A stretch of 64,000 nucleotides of DNA from Octopus vulgaris (Eukaryota), in the NCBI GenBank assembly GCA_951406725.2, contig OX597839.1:11284001-11348000 (forward strand), read 5' to 3'. Position 1 is the first letter of the stretch, and every line of letters begins with the position of its first letter. Shown one piece after another: positions 13,051 through 26,481 of this stretch. Made by a program: the position numbers and the translations under genes. The notes under the pieces were generated by a model. The model was given only the letters and a program-made list of their open reading frames with translations, did not search any database and was not told the origin of the DNA.

Positions 13051-13541
13051 GTTATTATTATTATTATTATTAGTTGTGCTGTTATCATGAAACAAATTCT
13101 ATTTCTATAATTTCTTCTGCTAACACAAAGGCAGCAAGCTTGTGTCTTTAATTCTGCTTTGTTTTAAAGCAATTCTCTTCAGAAGCAAGCAAATCTTTTG
13201 ACAGTTCTTTAAATTTAATCTTTAAATTCATTTTACTTTCCAATTTGTTATTATTGTTGTTATTGTTGTTGTTGTTGTTTCATTCTTTGGGGTGTTTTTT
13301 TCTTCTTTCTTTCCATCCTTTGTTTTAATTTTATTTATTTTTAATTCAGATTTTAATTTTATTTTATTTTAGGTTAGGTTTGTAAAAGCTCATTCATTTT
13401 ATTTCTTGATCTTAATTTGGAATTTCTTGTGCAATTCCACTAATGATTTCTTCTATTTTCTTTTCTGATAGTTAACACATTCCTCTTCTTCTTCTTCTTC
13501 TTCTTCCCATTCTTTTTCTTCCTCCTCGTCATTATCACCAC

Positions 13542-13580
<39 letters not shown>

Positions 13581-13653
13581 CGTTATTCCTTTTGTTCTCC
13601 CTACTGAAATCTCTTTTGTAATTTATTGTAACATACAAAAAGAACAGTCATTA

Positions 13654-13686
<33 letters not shown>

Positions 13687-13863
13687 TCTCTCCCTCCCCA
13701 TACACATGTACACACTTTCCTCCCCCTCCCCAACTTCCATCCCCCACCACCCTCTCTCTCACATCTAAGTCGTGTTACATGCTGTGTGATGTGAAGATTC
13801 AACATTTCAAAGAAGACTGCTTTATTTTTCATTTTATATTCTTTAAAGAATTTTCTTATATTC

Positions 13864-13902
<39 letters not shown>

Positions 13903-13961
13903 TATATATATATATACACACACATATATATATATACATATGTACATACATATATACGTAC

Positions 13962-14013
<52 letters not shown>

Positions 14014-14607
14014 TGGTATATTGGTGTGTGTGTGTTGAAGTTGTTTATTTCTGCTTAATTAAATTGAATTAGATAACTTTTGAAGCACCTCCTGTGATTG
14101 TATATTAGAAGCTGTTAATTCTATCAAACTTTTCAAAAAAGGATTTTTATATCTCTTTTATTCTAGTGGAATTTGGAATTTTTTTCTTCTTTTTGATATT
14201 TAATTCTGCTCGTCTTTTATTTTTACATTTTTACATCTATTTTAATCCCATGGAATTTTGTTAAAGAAATCTGAAAATATTAAACTACAATTTTAAATAC
14301 ATAAGTGTAAAAGGGGTGCAGAAATGGCTGTGTGGTTAAGAAGTTTGCTTTGCTGCCCGACCACATGGTGTCAGGTTCAATTCTACTCTGAAGCACCTTG
14401 AGCAGTGTAGCACCTTCAAATATAGCCTTGATTTGGCCTATTCCTTGTTCGTGAAATTTGCTGGATGGCAACTGTTCTGAAGCCTATTGAATGTGTGTTT
14501 GCTTGTGTGTGTTGTATGTGTGTATGTTTTTGTGTTTGCATGTCTACACATTCACACTACTTGGGCAATTAGGACATATTTATGCCCAAAAAATTGTTTT
14601 AAGCTTA

Positions 14608-15010
14608 GGTGTAGGAGTGGCTGTGTGGTAAGTAGCTTGCTTACCAACCACATGGTTCTGGGTTCATTCCCACTGCATGGCACCTTGGGCAAATGTCTTC
14701 TACTATGGCCTCGGGCCAACCAAAGCCTTGTGAGTGGATTTGGTAGACGGAAACTGAAAGAAGCCCATCGTATATATGTATATATATATGTATGTGTGTG
14801 TATATGTTTGTGTGTCTGTGTTTGTCTCCCGAACATCGCTTGACAACCGATGCTGGTGTGTTTACGTCTCTGTAACTTAGTGGTTCGGCAAAAGAGACCA
14901 ATAAAATAAGTACTAGGCTTACAAAGAATAAGTCCTGAGATCGATTTGCTCGACTAAAGGCGGTGCTCCAGCATGGCCACAGTCAAACGACTGAAACAAG
15001 CAAAAGAGAA
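14608..15010 (+). mobile_element. Full-length SINE family A
   Basis: ggagtggctgtgtggtaagtagcttgcttaccaaccacatggttctgggttc...ccagcatggccacagtcaaacgactgaaacaag. Confidence 0.9.
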
Positions 15011-15376
15011 AAAGCTTGGATGTTTGACACTGCGATGGTGTGGATTAAAGTAGTTTACTGGAAACAAGTCGAACATGATGGTTGAAAGAGCATCAGTTCT
15101 ATAAGAATACTGTCTCAGCAATTCTCATCCAACACATGCTTGCATGAAAAAGGCAGCTGTTAAATGAAGCTCATTGATGTCGCTGATGATGTTGATGAAG
15201 AGGAGGATGAAAAGTGCATTCCCTGTAGAAAAAATATTAGTAGATTTTTGTCTCTTTTTTTTTTTTTTAAATGAGATTTTCTCACCTAAACCTATTTTTC
15301 AATAGGAACCAATGTTTAATTACTTAATGATTGTGCTATCATCACTAATTCACCAAGCAAGGTGAAATGAAATTTA

Positions 15377-15423
15377 TGCTTCTCTGATGAGCTTCTAATA
15401 TAGCTGAAACATGTCGGGAAGTA
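15377..15423 (+). ncRNA. Type I hammerhead-like motif (imperfect)
   Basis: tgcttct-CTGATGA-GCT-tctaatat-AGC-t-GAAA-CATG-TC-gggaagta; palindromic ACATGT stem III; GUC triplet. Confidence 0.5.
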
Positions 15424-16706
15424 ATTAAAATTTTATATACTACATAATAATTCTTAGTTGGCTTTTTAATGCTTGCTGTATGAAACATGTTAACACTAAC
15501 TTAAAATATCTACTTATAAGGGGGCTATTTAGTTGTAACCTAATTCCTTCTGTAATCCTTTACTTGCTGCCAACATCTCCCCCCTCCCCCCCCCCACTCC
15601 TTAATCTAGATTTTTTTTTTCATGGCCCTGCTGCTGGGTGATGTATCTTCTTGGCTTCCAACACCATTTTCTCACTTTCTAGGGAACATATACCTCTGTC
15701 TGTTTGTCACCCTTCATCTTCCATCCTCACCACCATCACTCTCCCTTTCTTTGCTGGGTCTGCTGTCCCACACTACTCCCCCCTTCACAACACCACTATC
15801 AGCTCTTCTCCCCGCCACCATCCCCTTTACAGCTCCATCTCTTTCTTTCTCTTAGCTATCCATCCATCCATCCATCCATCTAACCAACCAGACTTGCTCT
15901 CCTCTCCTCCCCCCACTATAATATTTCATTTTTCAGCCTTCCCCTTTCAGCGCATCCCCTCTCCACCTACCAGTCACGTTACTCCTTCTTTCCCCTATTT
16001 CAACACTCCTCTATACAACCACCACAACAAACACACCCCCATTGCTCCTCACCCCCAATGTTTTCCCTACAACTACCACATCACTCCCATAGCAACCACC
16101 ACCCTCTCCTACCAACTCTACTTCTGTTTTCACCCTTTACCATATTGACCTCAAACATATCCTACTTCCCTTGTCATTCCCTAAAACCCCACTGTTGACA
16201 TTTTGACCAGTCAATGCACAGTTTGTGTTTTTATACTCTACAAAACAGCAGCATGCAAGTGTGTCATTCCTCTTTATTAAAATATCTTCTCCTCCTACTC
16301 CCCACTTCTATCCCCAGCTTTAGTCAGTCACTCTTCTATCCATCAAAACCCCTCTCTCGTTCTCTCTCTCTCTAATGAAATTACACAGCCTATGTGTTCC
16401 AATTAATTTCCAAAATAATCAAGAGTTTGGAGGAATTTAGTTTAAAAAAAAAAAAAAACGAAAAAGGAAACAACTAAATTTTTTATTAGTAGGTCATGTG
16501 TTTGGAACATAGCTTAAAGACAGTATTCTTACATAAAATTATGACAGAAGGTTTGAATTCATATAGTTTATCTTTTAGTTTTTTTCTGCCATTAGGCCAT
16601 GAAAAATTTTTAGTTGAATGAATCTTCCCCCTCCCTGTCTACTTAATTTTTTAAGCCTGGTACCTAATTCTATCAGTCTCTATTGTAGATGGAAACTGGA
16701 AGAAGC

Positions 16707-16752
<46 letters not shown>

Positions 16753-16969
16753 TACAACAGTATCAGCACCAGCACCCACACCAATGCATTTTATGTGGTG
16801 CCTTGTTTTTAGGATCACAATTCTGTTGTAGTGGGCAGGTCTTCTTGAGTACAGCAATAGTGCCACATATCCTGTTCCTTTGTCATCTCCTTCCTAAGGC
16901 TCAATGTTCTGAGATTGGCCTTCAGAACTTTGTCCCATCAACATCAATGGAATTTGTAGCTGTGATACC

Positions 16970-17270
16970 AGTGCCGGTGGCACGTAAGAGAACCATCCGA
17001 ACGTGGCCATTGCCAGCGCCGTCCCAACTGGCCTCCATGCCGGTGGCACGTAAAAAGCACCATCCGATCGTGGCCGTTGCCAGCCTCGTCTGGCACGTAA
17101 AAAGCACCCACTACACTCACGAAGTGGTTGGCGTTAGGAAGGGCATCTCCAGCTGTAGAAACACTGCCAGATCAGACTGGGCCTGGTGCAGCCTCCTGGC
17201 TTCCCAGACCCCAGTTGAACCGTCCAACCCATGGTAGCATGGAAAGCGGACGTTAAACGACAACGACTAT
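16970..17270 (+). mobile_element. Repeat family D (RTE-tailed SINE-like element)
   Basis: Tandem gccggtggcacgtaaaaagcacc units, then ggttggcgttaggaagggcatc...ccaacccatg.tagcatggaaagcggacgttaaacga. Confidence 0.8.
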
Positions 17271-18019
17271 TATTATTATTATTGTAGGGTAGGTGTAAGA
17301 GGCTGAACCTGGCCTGTTTGAACATAAAGCAGGTAGAATATTTGTGCTTGATATAAGAAGCCAGTTTAAATGCTAAAGAGTTAACCTTCCCCGCATTGAT
17401 ATAATAACTCACTATATCCTCCACTGCCTCTTTAGTACTTACTACTACCGTAATAATCTCACTATGCACTGTCTTACTCCTCATTGTCTCTCTTCCATAC
17501 TACATTACTATGTTAACATAATTATGCTAACAACTTAATTAATTTAGTACTGTTGTTCATCCAGAATCATTTATTGCTAGTCATCACCAAAATTAAGATG
17601 TATCTCTGAGATTTAATAAATGCATTGATTAGCAACAAATTAATGCATTTAGAGAAACCAGAAAAAAAAAAAAGCTTAATATGCAATATATCTTATGTGT
17701 TGTGGCATTCTTAAAATAGATCTTTTGTTGTTGTATTTTGTGATACTCTTAAAGCTCAGTATAATCTGTGTTGTCTTCCATGACTATACACAGCCCTGTG
17801 GTATTTCAACATACATAGATCTGCATTTTGTCCGTCTGTATGTTCTGAATTCAAATTCTGCCAGGGTTGACTTTGCCTCTCATCCTTTTGGCATCAATAA
17901 AATAAGCACCAGTTGAGCACCGGGCCTGATGTAATTGACTGGCCCCTCCCTTGAACTTGCTGGTCTTGCACCAAAATTTGAAACCATTATTATTATTATT
18001 GTAGTAGTAGTAGTAGTAG

Positions 18020-18306
18020 AGGCTCAGTGGTTAGGGCAGCGAACTCGCAGTCGGAGGATCGCAGTTTCGATTCCCAGATCGGGCGTTGAGTGTGTTTATT
18101 GAATGAAAACACCTAAAAGCTCCGCGAGGCTCCGGCAGGGGGTGGCGGCGACCCCTGTTGTACTCTTTCGTCACAACTTTCTCTCACTCTCTCTTCCTGT
18201 TTCTTGGGTAACTCTGCGGTGGACTGGCATCCCGTCCAGCTGGGGGGAACACATACACCACAGAAACCGGGTCCATGAGCCTGGCTAGGCTTGAAAAGGG
18301 CGGAAA
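18020..18306 (+). mobile_element. SINE family B, body type 2 variant, inserted in (TAG)n
   Basis: tRNA-like head plus ggactggcatcccgtccag...gaaaccggg body. Confidence 0.75.
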
Positions 18307-19124
18307 AGTAGTAGTAGTAGTAGTAGTAGTGGTAGTAATAGTAGTAGTAGTAGTAGCAGTATGTTTCCTGTCTTAACTCCTGCTGACACCAACTATCAGT
18401 AGTATTACACCATCACCTCCAATGGCTATCCTTATTTTTAGTTTCCATGTCTTAGGTTCCCTTGGGCGATATTTGATATTTTGTCAATATTTTCTCAATC
18501 TGGATTAGCTATTATGGTTAAAGAAGTTGCTGCTTTAAAACCTGCTGGCCCAGGTTTACTTTCCCTTTAGCCAGAGAGGAAGAAGACCCTTTTTGTTTGT
18601 TTTTTTTAAAGGGTTTCTGTTCTGAGAATAATAGGAAGGCTAAGAGGAAGAAACTAAAGTTTGTAGATTTAATTGCCGAAGAAAGTAGAGCATAGCAAAG
18701 ATATTGAGTTATTTTTAGACCCAAGACCTGGTCTGAATAGAATAGCAACAGACGGGATTCCCTGTTAAAAATGTACCCAAAAGCCAAATTGTGGTGGTGA
18801 TGGTGGTGGTATTTTTTTAATCTTCAGTCATCTCTGGATAATCCCCAGTCTTTTGGGGTTTTTTCCCCGCCTGACAAGTTCATACAATGGATTAGCAGTT
18901 ATGTTTGCTTAAAGTTCTTATCTTTTATCTATTACTTGTTTCGACTATGGCCATGCTGGGCACCACCTCGGAGAATTTCATTGAACAAATTGAACCCCCT
19001 GTGCATCTCCCACCCCACCCCAAGCTTGATACTTATTCTATCAGTCTCTCTCTTTCTGAACTGCTAAGTTACAGGTACACAAGCAACCCAACATTGATTG
19101 TCAAGCAGCTGTGGGTTATATTTG

Positions 19125-19171
<47 letters not shown>

Positions 19172-19454
19172 TGTGGGCTTCCTTCAGTTTCTGTCTACCA
19201 AATCCACTTAAGTACTTTGGGAAGGAAGTGCTCTTGACCCTTCAGAAGACCTCCATGATTTGTAGAAGGGCGGGAGCAAGGTTTTTTACCCTTTACCAGA
19301 GGCATAACTTGAAAGCATGTAACAGAATGGACTCTGATAAAGGTACCTAAGGTACTATGTGCTGCTATGAAGTCTTATCACTCAAGAAGGCCAGTCTGAA
19401 ATTTGATAGCATCTCACAGACCTGATGTACTGCAGACTGATCTATACAAAGTCT

Positions 19455-20090
19455 GATCCACACTCACCCTCATTTACTCTCAGCCACACCTATACTTGGC
19501 CTTGTGCGCATTCGGCCTTGTTCACACTAGGCCTCATCGACACTCAGCCTCATTCATACTCGACCTGACATACATTCATCTACACTTGGCCTCATCCATA
19601 TTCAGCCTCATCCACACTCAACCTCATCCACACTCAGCCTCATCCATGCTCAGCCTCATCCACACTCAGCCTCATCCACACTCAGCCTCATCCACACTCA
19701 ACCTCATCTGCTCTCAGCCTCATTCATACTCAGCCTCATCCACACTTAGCCTCATCCACACTCAACCTCATCTGCTCTCAGTCTCATTCATACTCAACCT
19801 CATCCACACTCAGCCTCATTCATACTCAGCCTCATCTATGCTCAGCCTCATCCACACTCAGCCTCATCCACACTCAGCCTCATCCACGCTCAGCCTCAAC
19901 CACACTCAGCCTCATCTGCTCTCAGCCTCATTCATACTCGACCTGACACACATTCGTCTACACTCAGCCTCATCCACACTCTGCCTCGCCTGCACTCGGC
20001 CTCATCCACACCCTGCCTCACCCACATTCAGCCTCAACTTCGTCCATACTCAGGGCCTCATCCATACCCTATCTAATCACCACCCAGTCT
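19455..20090. repeat. 16-bp minisatellite (CTCAGCCTCATCCACA)n
   Basis: Many diverged tandem copies; they explain the spurious 198-aa ORF. Confidence 0.9.
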
Positions 20091-20478
20091 AATCTACACT
20101 TGATCTGCTCTACAGGATTATGTCTTTGAGAGTGTCAGTTAATGTATGCTTTATTGTCTAATGCCACATCCCTAGTAACAGTTGCCGTGGAGATGGAAAT
20201 GTTGGACTTAGTGTATAACAGTATTAATGTCATAACATATTTGTGTGTGTGTATATCTATACAAACACTCAAACAATATATACATATCTGTGTATGTGTG
20301 TGTGTGTGTGTGTACATATGTATAGCTGAATGTCTGTTGTAGAAAATCTGTAATGCAAATGTGTAATGAAAGGCATTCCATGAGAGAACATACTTAAAAC
20401 ATTTCAAGCCACCTGACTAGAGAGGAAAATGGGAAACTCATTGGTGATAGTGCATGTTTATGTGTATTTGTAATAATG

Positions 20479-20513
<35 letters not shown>

Positions 20514-20549
20514 TGCTTGGGTCTAGGAGTGTGTGTGTGTGTCTGTGTG

Positions 20550-21062
20550 TGTGCAAATACATGTATAGCTGTGTGTATGGGAAAAGCTACAATCAAACAG
20601 GCCTGTATAGAATCATACATGCACAAACACACTTCTGAGCGTGTACTTGTGTATCTGTGAAGGTTTAGGTGTGTGCGTGTGTATGTGTGTGTATCTGTGT
20701 GTGTGTGTGTGTGTGTATCTGTGTGTGTGTGTGTGTGTGTGTATCTAACAAAATGCGTGCGTGTGTGTTTGTATAATGCTTGGGTCTAGGAGTGTGTGTG
20801 TGTGTGTGTGCAAATGCATGTATAATGTCGGGGGGGAAAACACAAACCAATGCTTTGCACAACAGATACAGATGCTCTGGCACAAATACACGCATTGTGT
20901 GAGCATGTGTGTTTATGTATAAGGGTTTTTCGGTGTGTATACATACTTACAGCCGTTGCTGCGTGTATGGGAGAAGCTACAACCAAACAGGCCTGTATAG
21001 AATCATACATGCGCAGACACACTTCTGAGCATGTACTTGTGTATCTGTGGAGGTTTCGGTGT

Positions 21063-21120
<58 letters not shown>

Positions 21121-21160
21121 ATATATGTAACAAAATGTGTGTGTGTGTGTGTGTGTTTAT
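20550..21160. repeat. Local ~400-bp tandem duplication in TG-rich DNA
   Basis: aagctacaa.caaacaggcctgtatagaatcatacatgc.ca.acacacttctgagc.tgtacttgtgtatctgtg occurs at ~20584 and ~20973. Confidence 0.8.
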
Positions 21161-21649
21161 ATGTAAAAGGCTTAAATGTGTAAAGATATATAGCTGTATG
21201 TCTAAATGCAGACTCATCTACATGCACACATACAGACACAAACATTCTCTCTCTCTCATTCTCTCTCTCTCTCTCTCTTTCTCTCATTCTCTTTCTATCA
21301 TTCTCTCTCTCTCTCTCTTGTGGTTTGCACAAGGTATTTTGATATCTACGATGGATTTGTTTTACTGTTTGTTGCTCTGTGCTTTTTTTTTCCCCCCTTG
21401 GAGTTTTGCTAATGTTATGGCAGCGGCAGCAGCAGCAGCAGTAGTAGTGGTAGTAGTAGTAGTAGTAGGAGGAGGAAGGAGAGAGGAGAGGAAAGGAAAG
21501 GAGATGAAGGAGTTGGCAGTGGCAGCGTGTGTTGTGTCGGTGAGGAAGTTGTCAGCAAGCAAGTCAGATTTCTTTAACATCACCAGCAGTGTGCAAGACT
21601 CGCTGCTAAGCTCTCAGTGCACATATCTTGACAGGCAGAAATGAGGCCA

Positions 21650-21709
21650 TGCCATACACACACACACACACACACAGCTTGTATGTGCAGGCCACCAGCT
21701 TTGCCAACG

Positions 21710-21795
<86 letters not shown>

Positions 21796-22054
21796 ATTTT
21801 TTTCTTGCATAGATTTTCTTCAATGGACTTTCTTCTCGTTTCATCACAGATTGTTCTTAATTTCATCTGACTTTGCATCCATTCACTTGCTTCTCCTACC
21901 ATCGTTCTTTCTCTTTGTCTGTCTGTCTGTCAGCTTCTCTCTCTCTCTTTTTCCTTCTCCTTTCATTTCTCTCTTTCCCTTTATTTCTCTTGTTCTCACT
22001 ATTTGTCTGTCTATCTGTTTCTGTGTTTCCTCTTCTTTCTATTTCTCTCCCTCC

Positions 22055-22104
<50 letters not shown>

Positions 22105-22480
22105 CTCTCTCTCTCTCTCTCAATGTATCTCTTTTTCCTTCTCTGTTTCTCCCTCTCTCCACTCTCTACATCTTTCTCTCCTCATCCTCTCTCTATATTT
22201 ATATCTATCTTTCTGTCCCTTTCTATCTCTCTTTCTATAGATCCCCTCTCTTACTCATTTTCCATGCATATCTCCTCTCTTTCTCTTCCTCTGTATCTGA
22301 CTGTCTCCTCATCTCTCCCTCTCTCTTTCTCACTATTTGTCTACCTGTATCTCTCTTTATACGTACACCTCCTCTTTCTCCCCATCTCCTCTTTATATCT
22401 GTGCATCTTCTCTATTCTCTTTTTCTCTCACTCTGTATCTCTTTGTCTCTCTCTCTCTCTCCTTCCTCTCCCCCCACTCT
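21650..22480. repeat. (CA)n/(CT)n microsatellites and a long polypyrimidine tract
   Basis: Seen directly. Confidence 0.85.
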
Positions 22481-22940
22481 ACCACTATCAATCACTGAGG
22501 TTTTATTCCAATATGATATTTAGTAGTAATTTTCATCATTCATATCCGACTGTTCATCACCGTTTTTTTTGTTGTTATTTCTGTTTTATTATTCAACAGA
22601 ATAATTCCCCTTTAACATTGTTGCAGTTGTCGATGACGATGATGATGATGATGATACCGGCTAAGATAATCTGCCAGTGGAATCATGTAGAACTATATTT
22701 TTGCTGTTTTGCCAAAAATATTTCTCTTTACTTCTATTTAAATGCCTTCCTCCTCCCCCCCTTTCCTCCTCTACTTCTTTCTATCTTTCTTGCCATGTTT
22801 GACTACAATACAGAGTTTGTTTATCTAAACTACATTATGCAAGCCTGTTTGGATTACATTTCTCTTCTTTTAACAATAGACTGAAGACATTTATGAGGTT
22901 GCTTATTGTTATCATTATTATTATCATTATTATTATTATT

Positions 22941-23160
22941 GAAGGCAGCGAGTTGGCAGAATCGTTAACACGCCGGGTAAAAATGCTCCGTGGCATTTTG
23001 TCCGTCTTTACATTCTGAGTTCAAATTCTGTCGAGGTTGACTTTGCCTTTCATCCTTTCAGGCTCGATAAATTAAGTACCGGCGAAATACTGGGGTCCAT
23101 GTTATCGATTAGCCCTCTCCTCCCAAAATTTCAAGCCTTGTGCCTTCAGTAGAAAGGATT
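22941..23160 (+). mobile_element. SINE family C
   Basis: gaaggcagcgagttggcagaatcgtta...ctgagttcaaattc...gcctttcatcctttc...agaaaggatt(att)n. Confidence 0.8.
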
Positions 23161-23231
23161 ATTATTATTATTGTTATTATCATTATTATTATTATAAGGG
23201 TGGCAAGCTGGCTGAATAGTTGGCATGCTGG

Positions 23232-23632
23232 GCGCAGGAGTGGCTGTGTGGTAAGTAGCCTGCTTACCAACCACACGGTTTTGGGTTCAGTCCCACTGCG
23301 TGGCACCTTGGGAAAGTGTCTTCTACTATAGCCTCGGGCCAACCAAAGCCTTGTGAGTGGATTTGGTAGACGGAAACTGAAAGAAGCCTGTCGTATATGT
23401 ATATATATATATATATGTGTGTGTTTGTGTCTGTGTTTGCCCCCCCCCCACATCGCTTGACAACCGATGCTGGTATGTTTACGTCGCCGTAACTTAGCGG
23501 TTCGGCAAAAAAGACCGATAGAATACTAGGCTTACAAAGAATAAGACCTGGGGTCGATTTGCTCAACTAAAAGGCGGTGCTCCAGCATGGCCGCAGTCAA
23601 ATGACTGAAACAATAAAAAGAGAGTAAAGAGA
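23232..23632 (+). mobile_element. Full-length SINE family A nested in a family C copy (23196-23785)
   Basis: The family C sequence stops at ...atgctgggcg and resumes at aaatgct after the family A tail. Confidence 0.85.
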
Positions 23633-24349
23633 GAAATGCTATGTGGGATTTTGTCCATCTTTATGCTCTGAGTTCAAATTCTGCCGAGGTTGACTTTACC
23701 TTTCATCCTTTTGATAACATAAGTACCAGTTGAACACTGGGGTCGATGTAATTGACTTGCTGGCCTAGTGCAAAAATTTGAAACCATTATTATTATTATT
23801 ATTATTAACATCATCATCTTTGGTTGTTGGCTTGGCAGTTTATGTTTCTCTAAGAAATAATTGTCCGATCTGAATGTTAGGCTTTAGTTAGTAAAAATAT
23901 GAATGTCTATGTTTACCATATTTACTGAGGTATAAGACACACTCTTACAAAGACAAGCTCTTATTTTCTTTTAGGAAAAAAAGTTGTTTTTTTCTTGTGG
24001 AGAGAAACAAGTTTAATGTTTCCTCACACACTCAGTATCCCATTTGTAATATAGTTACATTAGACACATGTCAATTATTTTATTCCATTTAAGAATAAAA
24101 AAAGTGCATCTTATTCACTGGCATATATAATTGTTAGAATTTGTGATGGTTATTTGTTTATTAAATACTGGGGCCAAAATACTGGGAAACAAGTAAAAGA
24201 GTAAAAGAGACAGTTAATGTATTAGGCTGGAGAAAAGAGTGGGGTGGGTGACATTTCAAGCATAGCTCTTTGTCAGAAAGTGGAAAGGTCTGGAGAGAAA
24301 GTAAAAAATAGTCCAAGAAAAGCATGTGTGCATCTGTCTCAAGATCACT

Positions 24350-24567
24350 TTGACCCTTTCATTACTGTATTTATTTTGAGTTGCTCTGTGTTTCTTTGAA
24401 TTACTTTAAATATAACAAAGAATTTAGTAAAATAACTTAGTTAACATTCAGTTAGTGTTAGGAACATAAATTGTGACTAAGGTTTGGTGGAAGATTTTAA
24501 TTCAAAACTTACAAAAACAAGGCATTTGTACTCAGAGCCAGAGCTGGGTTGGTAACGAAAGTGTTAA
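24350..24567 (-). mobile_element. MITE family P1
   Basis: Reverse-complement of 7248-7476 with slightly decayed ends. Confidence 0.8.
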
Positions 24568-25102
24568 TGTTCACTTGTCCATGCTTGCTTGAGTTAGGTA
24601 GCATTTATCGAGGCAGATTTTTTACAGCTGAATTCCCTCATTATTGCCAACCCTCACCAGGTGATATTTCCTCATGGCCTAATGTTTTATAGCAGGATTT
24701 AGAAAAGGAACAACATTGCTTGTGTGACAGTGAAACTCATTTACAGCTGTTATGTGATGTCGAGACACGTACATGCAAACATGCACACAGCAACACATGC
24801 ATTCATATGTATCGATGTATGTAATAGAATCGTAAGTATTTAAGTATGTATGCATCATCGCCATCGTCATTTTTAGGCCCATGGTCCATGCTGGCTTGGG
24901 TTGTACAGTTTGACAGGATCTGATGTATCCAAGCATTGTGTCAGTCACCAGTGTCTACTTTGGCATGGCAGACCCTGGAGTACAATGCAGTATTTGGGCC
25001 CATCAGGTTTTTTTTTATAAATTTCTATCTACCAAATCCACTCGAGGCTTTGGTCAACCTGGAATTATAGCAGAAAACTCTTGCTCAAAGCACCACACAA
25101 TG

Positions 25103-25424
25103 TGTTTTGTTTGTTTGTTTGTTTGTTTGTTCCTTCTTGAGCCATGCCTGGCTCATAAGGGCTGGTTTCCCGGTTTCTTGGCGTATAGGTTCCCCACCTG
25201 GACGGGACGCTGGTCCGTCGCAGGTGAGCTGCAAGATGCAGGAAGAAAAAGTGAGAGGAAGTCGTGGCGAATAAGTCAGCAGAGGTTCACTATTACCTTC
25301 TGCCAGAGCTGCGTGGAGCTTAGGTGTTTCGCTCATAAACACACACATCGCCCGGTCTGAGACTCGAACCTGCGATCCCTCGACCGCGAGTCTGCTGCTC
25401 TAACCACTGGGCCTTGTGCCTCCA
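25103..25424 (-). mobile_element. SINE family B (body type 2) nested in a family A copy (25020-25495)
   Basis: 12-bp TSD caccacacaatg at 25091-25102 and 25425-25436. Confidence 0.85.
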
Positions 25425-25662
25425 CACCACACAATGGGACTGAACCTGAAACCAGATGGTTGGGGAGCAAACTTCTTAACCACACAGCCGTGCCTGGTGT
25501 GTTTATGTTGTTGAAAGGAACTATAATTGTCTTGTGACTCCTTCTTCATTGAACAGTGAAGAATGTCTTTTTTTTTTAAGTCTCTGTTCACAGAATCTGT
25601 GGTGTTTACTCCTGTAGTGAGGTCTGGCTGGAATATCAAAGTATCTGGAAGTGTCTAGTTTC

Positions 25663-25699
<37 letters not shown>

Positions 25700-26440
25700 T
25701 CTCCCGCTTCCTCTCTACATCTCTCTATAACTCTCTCTCGCTCATCTAATTTCCTTATCAATATTTATCAGGAATAGAAATTTTTCAATTAATGACCCCA
25801 ATCCTTGCCTGCTCGCTCTTTTCTCTCTTTGTTTTTTTTTTCACTCCACTCCCCCACCCCCACCATTATTTTTGTTTGTAATTTTCCTGTATGAAGTTTC
25901 CAATTGTCAAAGCTAAGGGGTGGGGTGAGGGTGGGGTTCTCTATACTCCCCACCCACTCCATCTGCCACCGCACAACATCCTCGCGCTCACACACACACA
26001 TGACTATTGCTAATAAAAATTGAAAACTGAAATTTAAATTTAAAACTCTAATCAAAATTTAGTTTCAAAAGACAAACAAGCAAGAAAATGAATAAATAAA
26101 TAAATAAATACATAAATGAAACGACACAAAACTCTGAAATTTCTAGTTTGATTTGATAGAAATAATAAAATAAAATAAATAAAATAAAATAGTTTCAGTT
26201 ATTTTATTAAATTTTGATTTGAATTTGGATTTCAATCTCCTCTCCTACACACACACACACTCACACTTATTGTTATGATGTATTCATGAACCAATCAGGG
26301 AAAATATCACTGTTTTATTAATTTGAAATTTCAAAACGGAAAGAGTTTTGTGTGTGTGTGAGTGAGAGAGAGAGAGAGAGACAGACAGACAGAGAGGAAG
26401 CACTCAATAGGAAAAATTGAATGAAATTCCCCATCCTTGA

Positions 26441-26478
<38 letters not shown>

Positions 26479-26481
<3 letters not shown>

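Noticed and set aside
20850-22884. ORFs of 200-290 aa, including a hydrophobic MDLFYCLLL... segment
   Set aside because: Built from (TG)n, (CT)n, (GCA)n and (GTA)n tracts; no recognisable domain or splice support.
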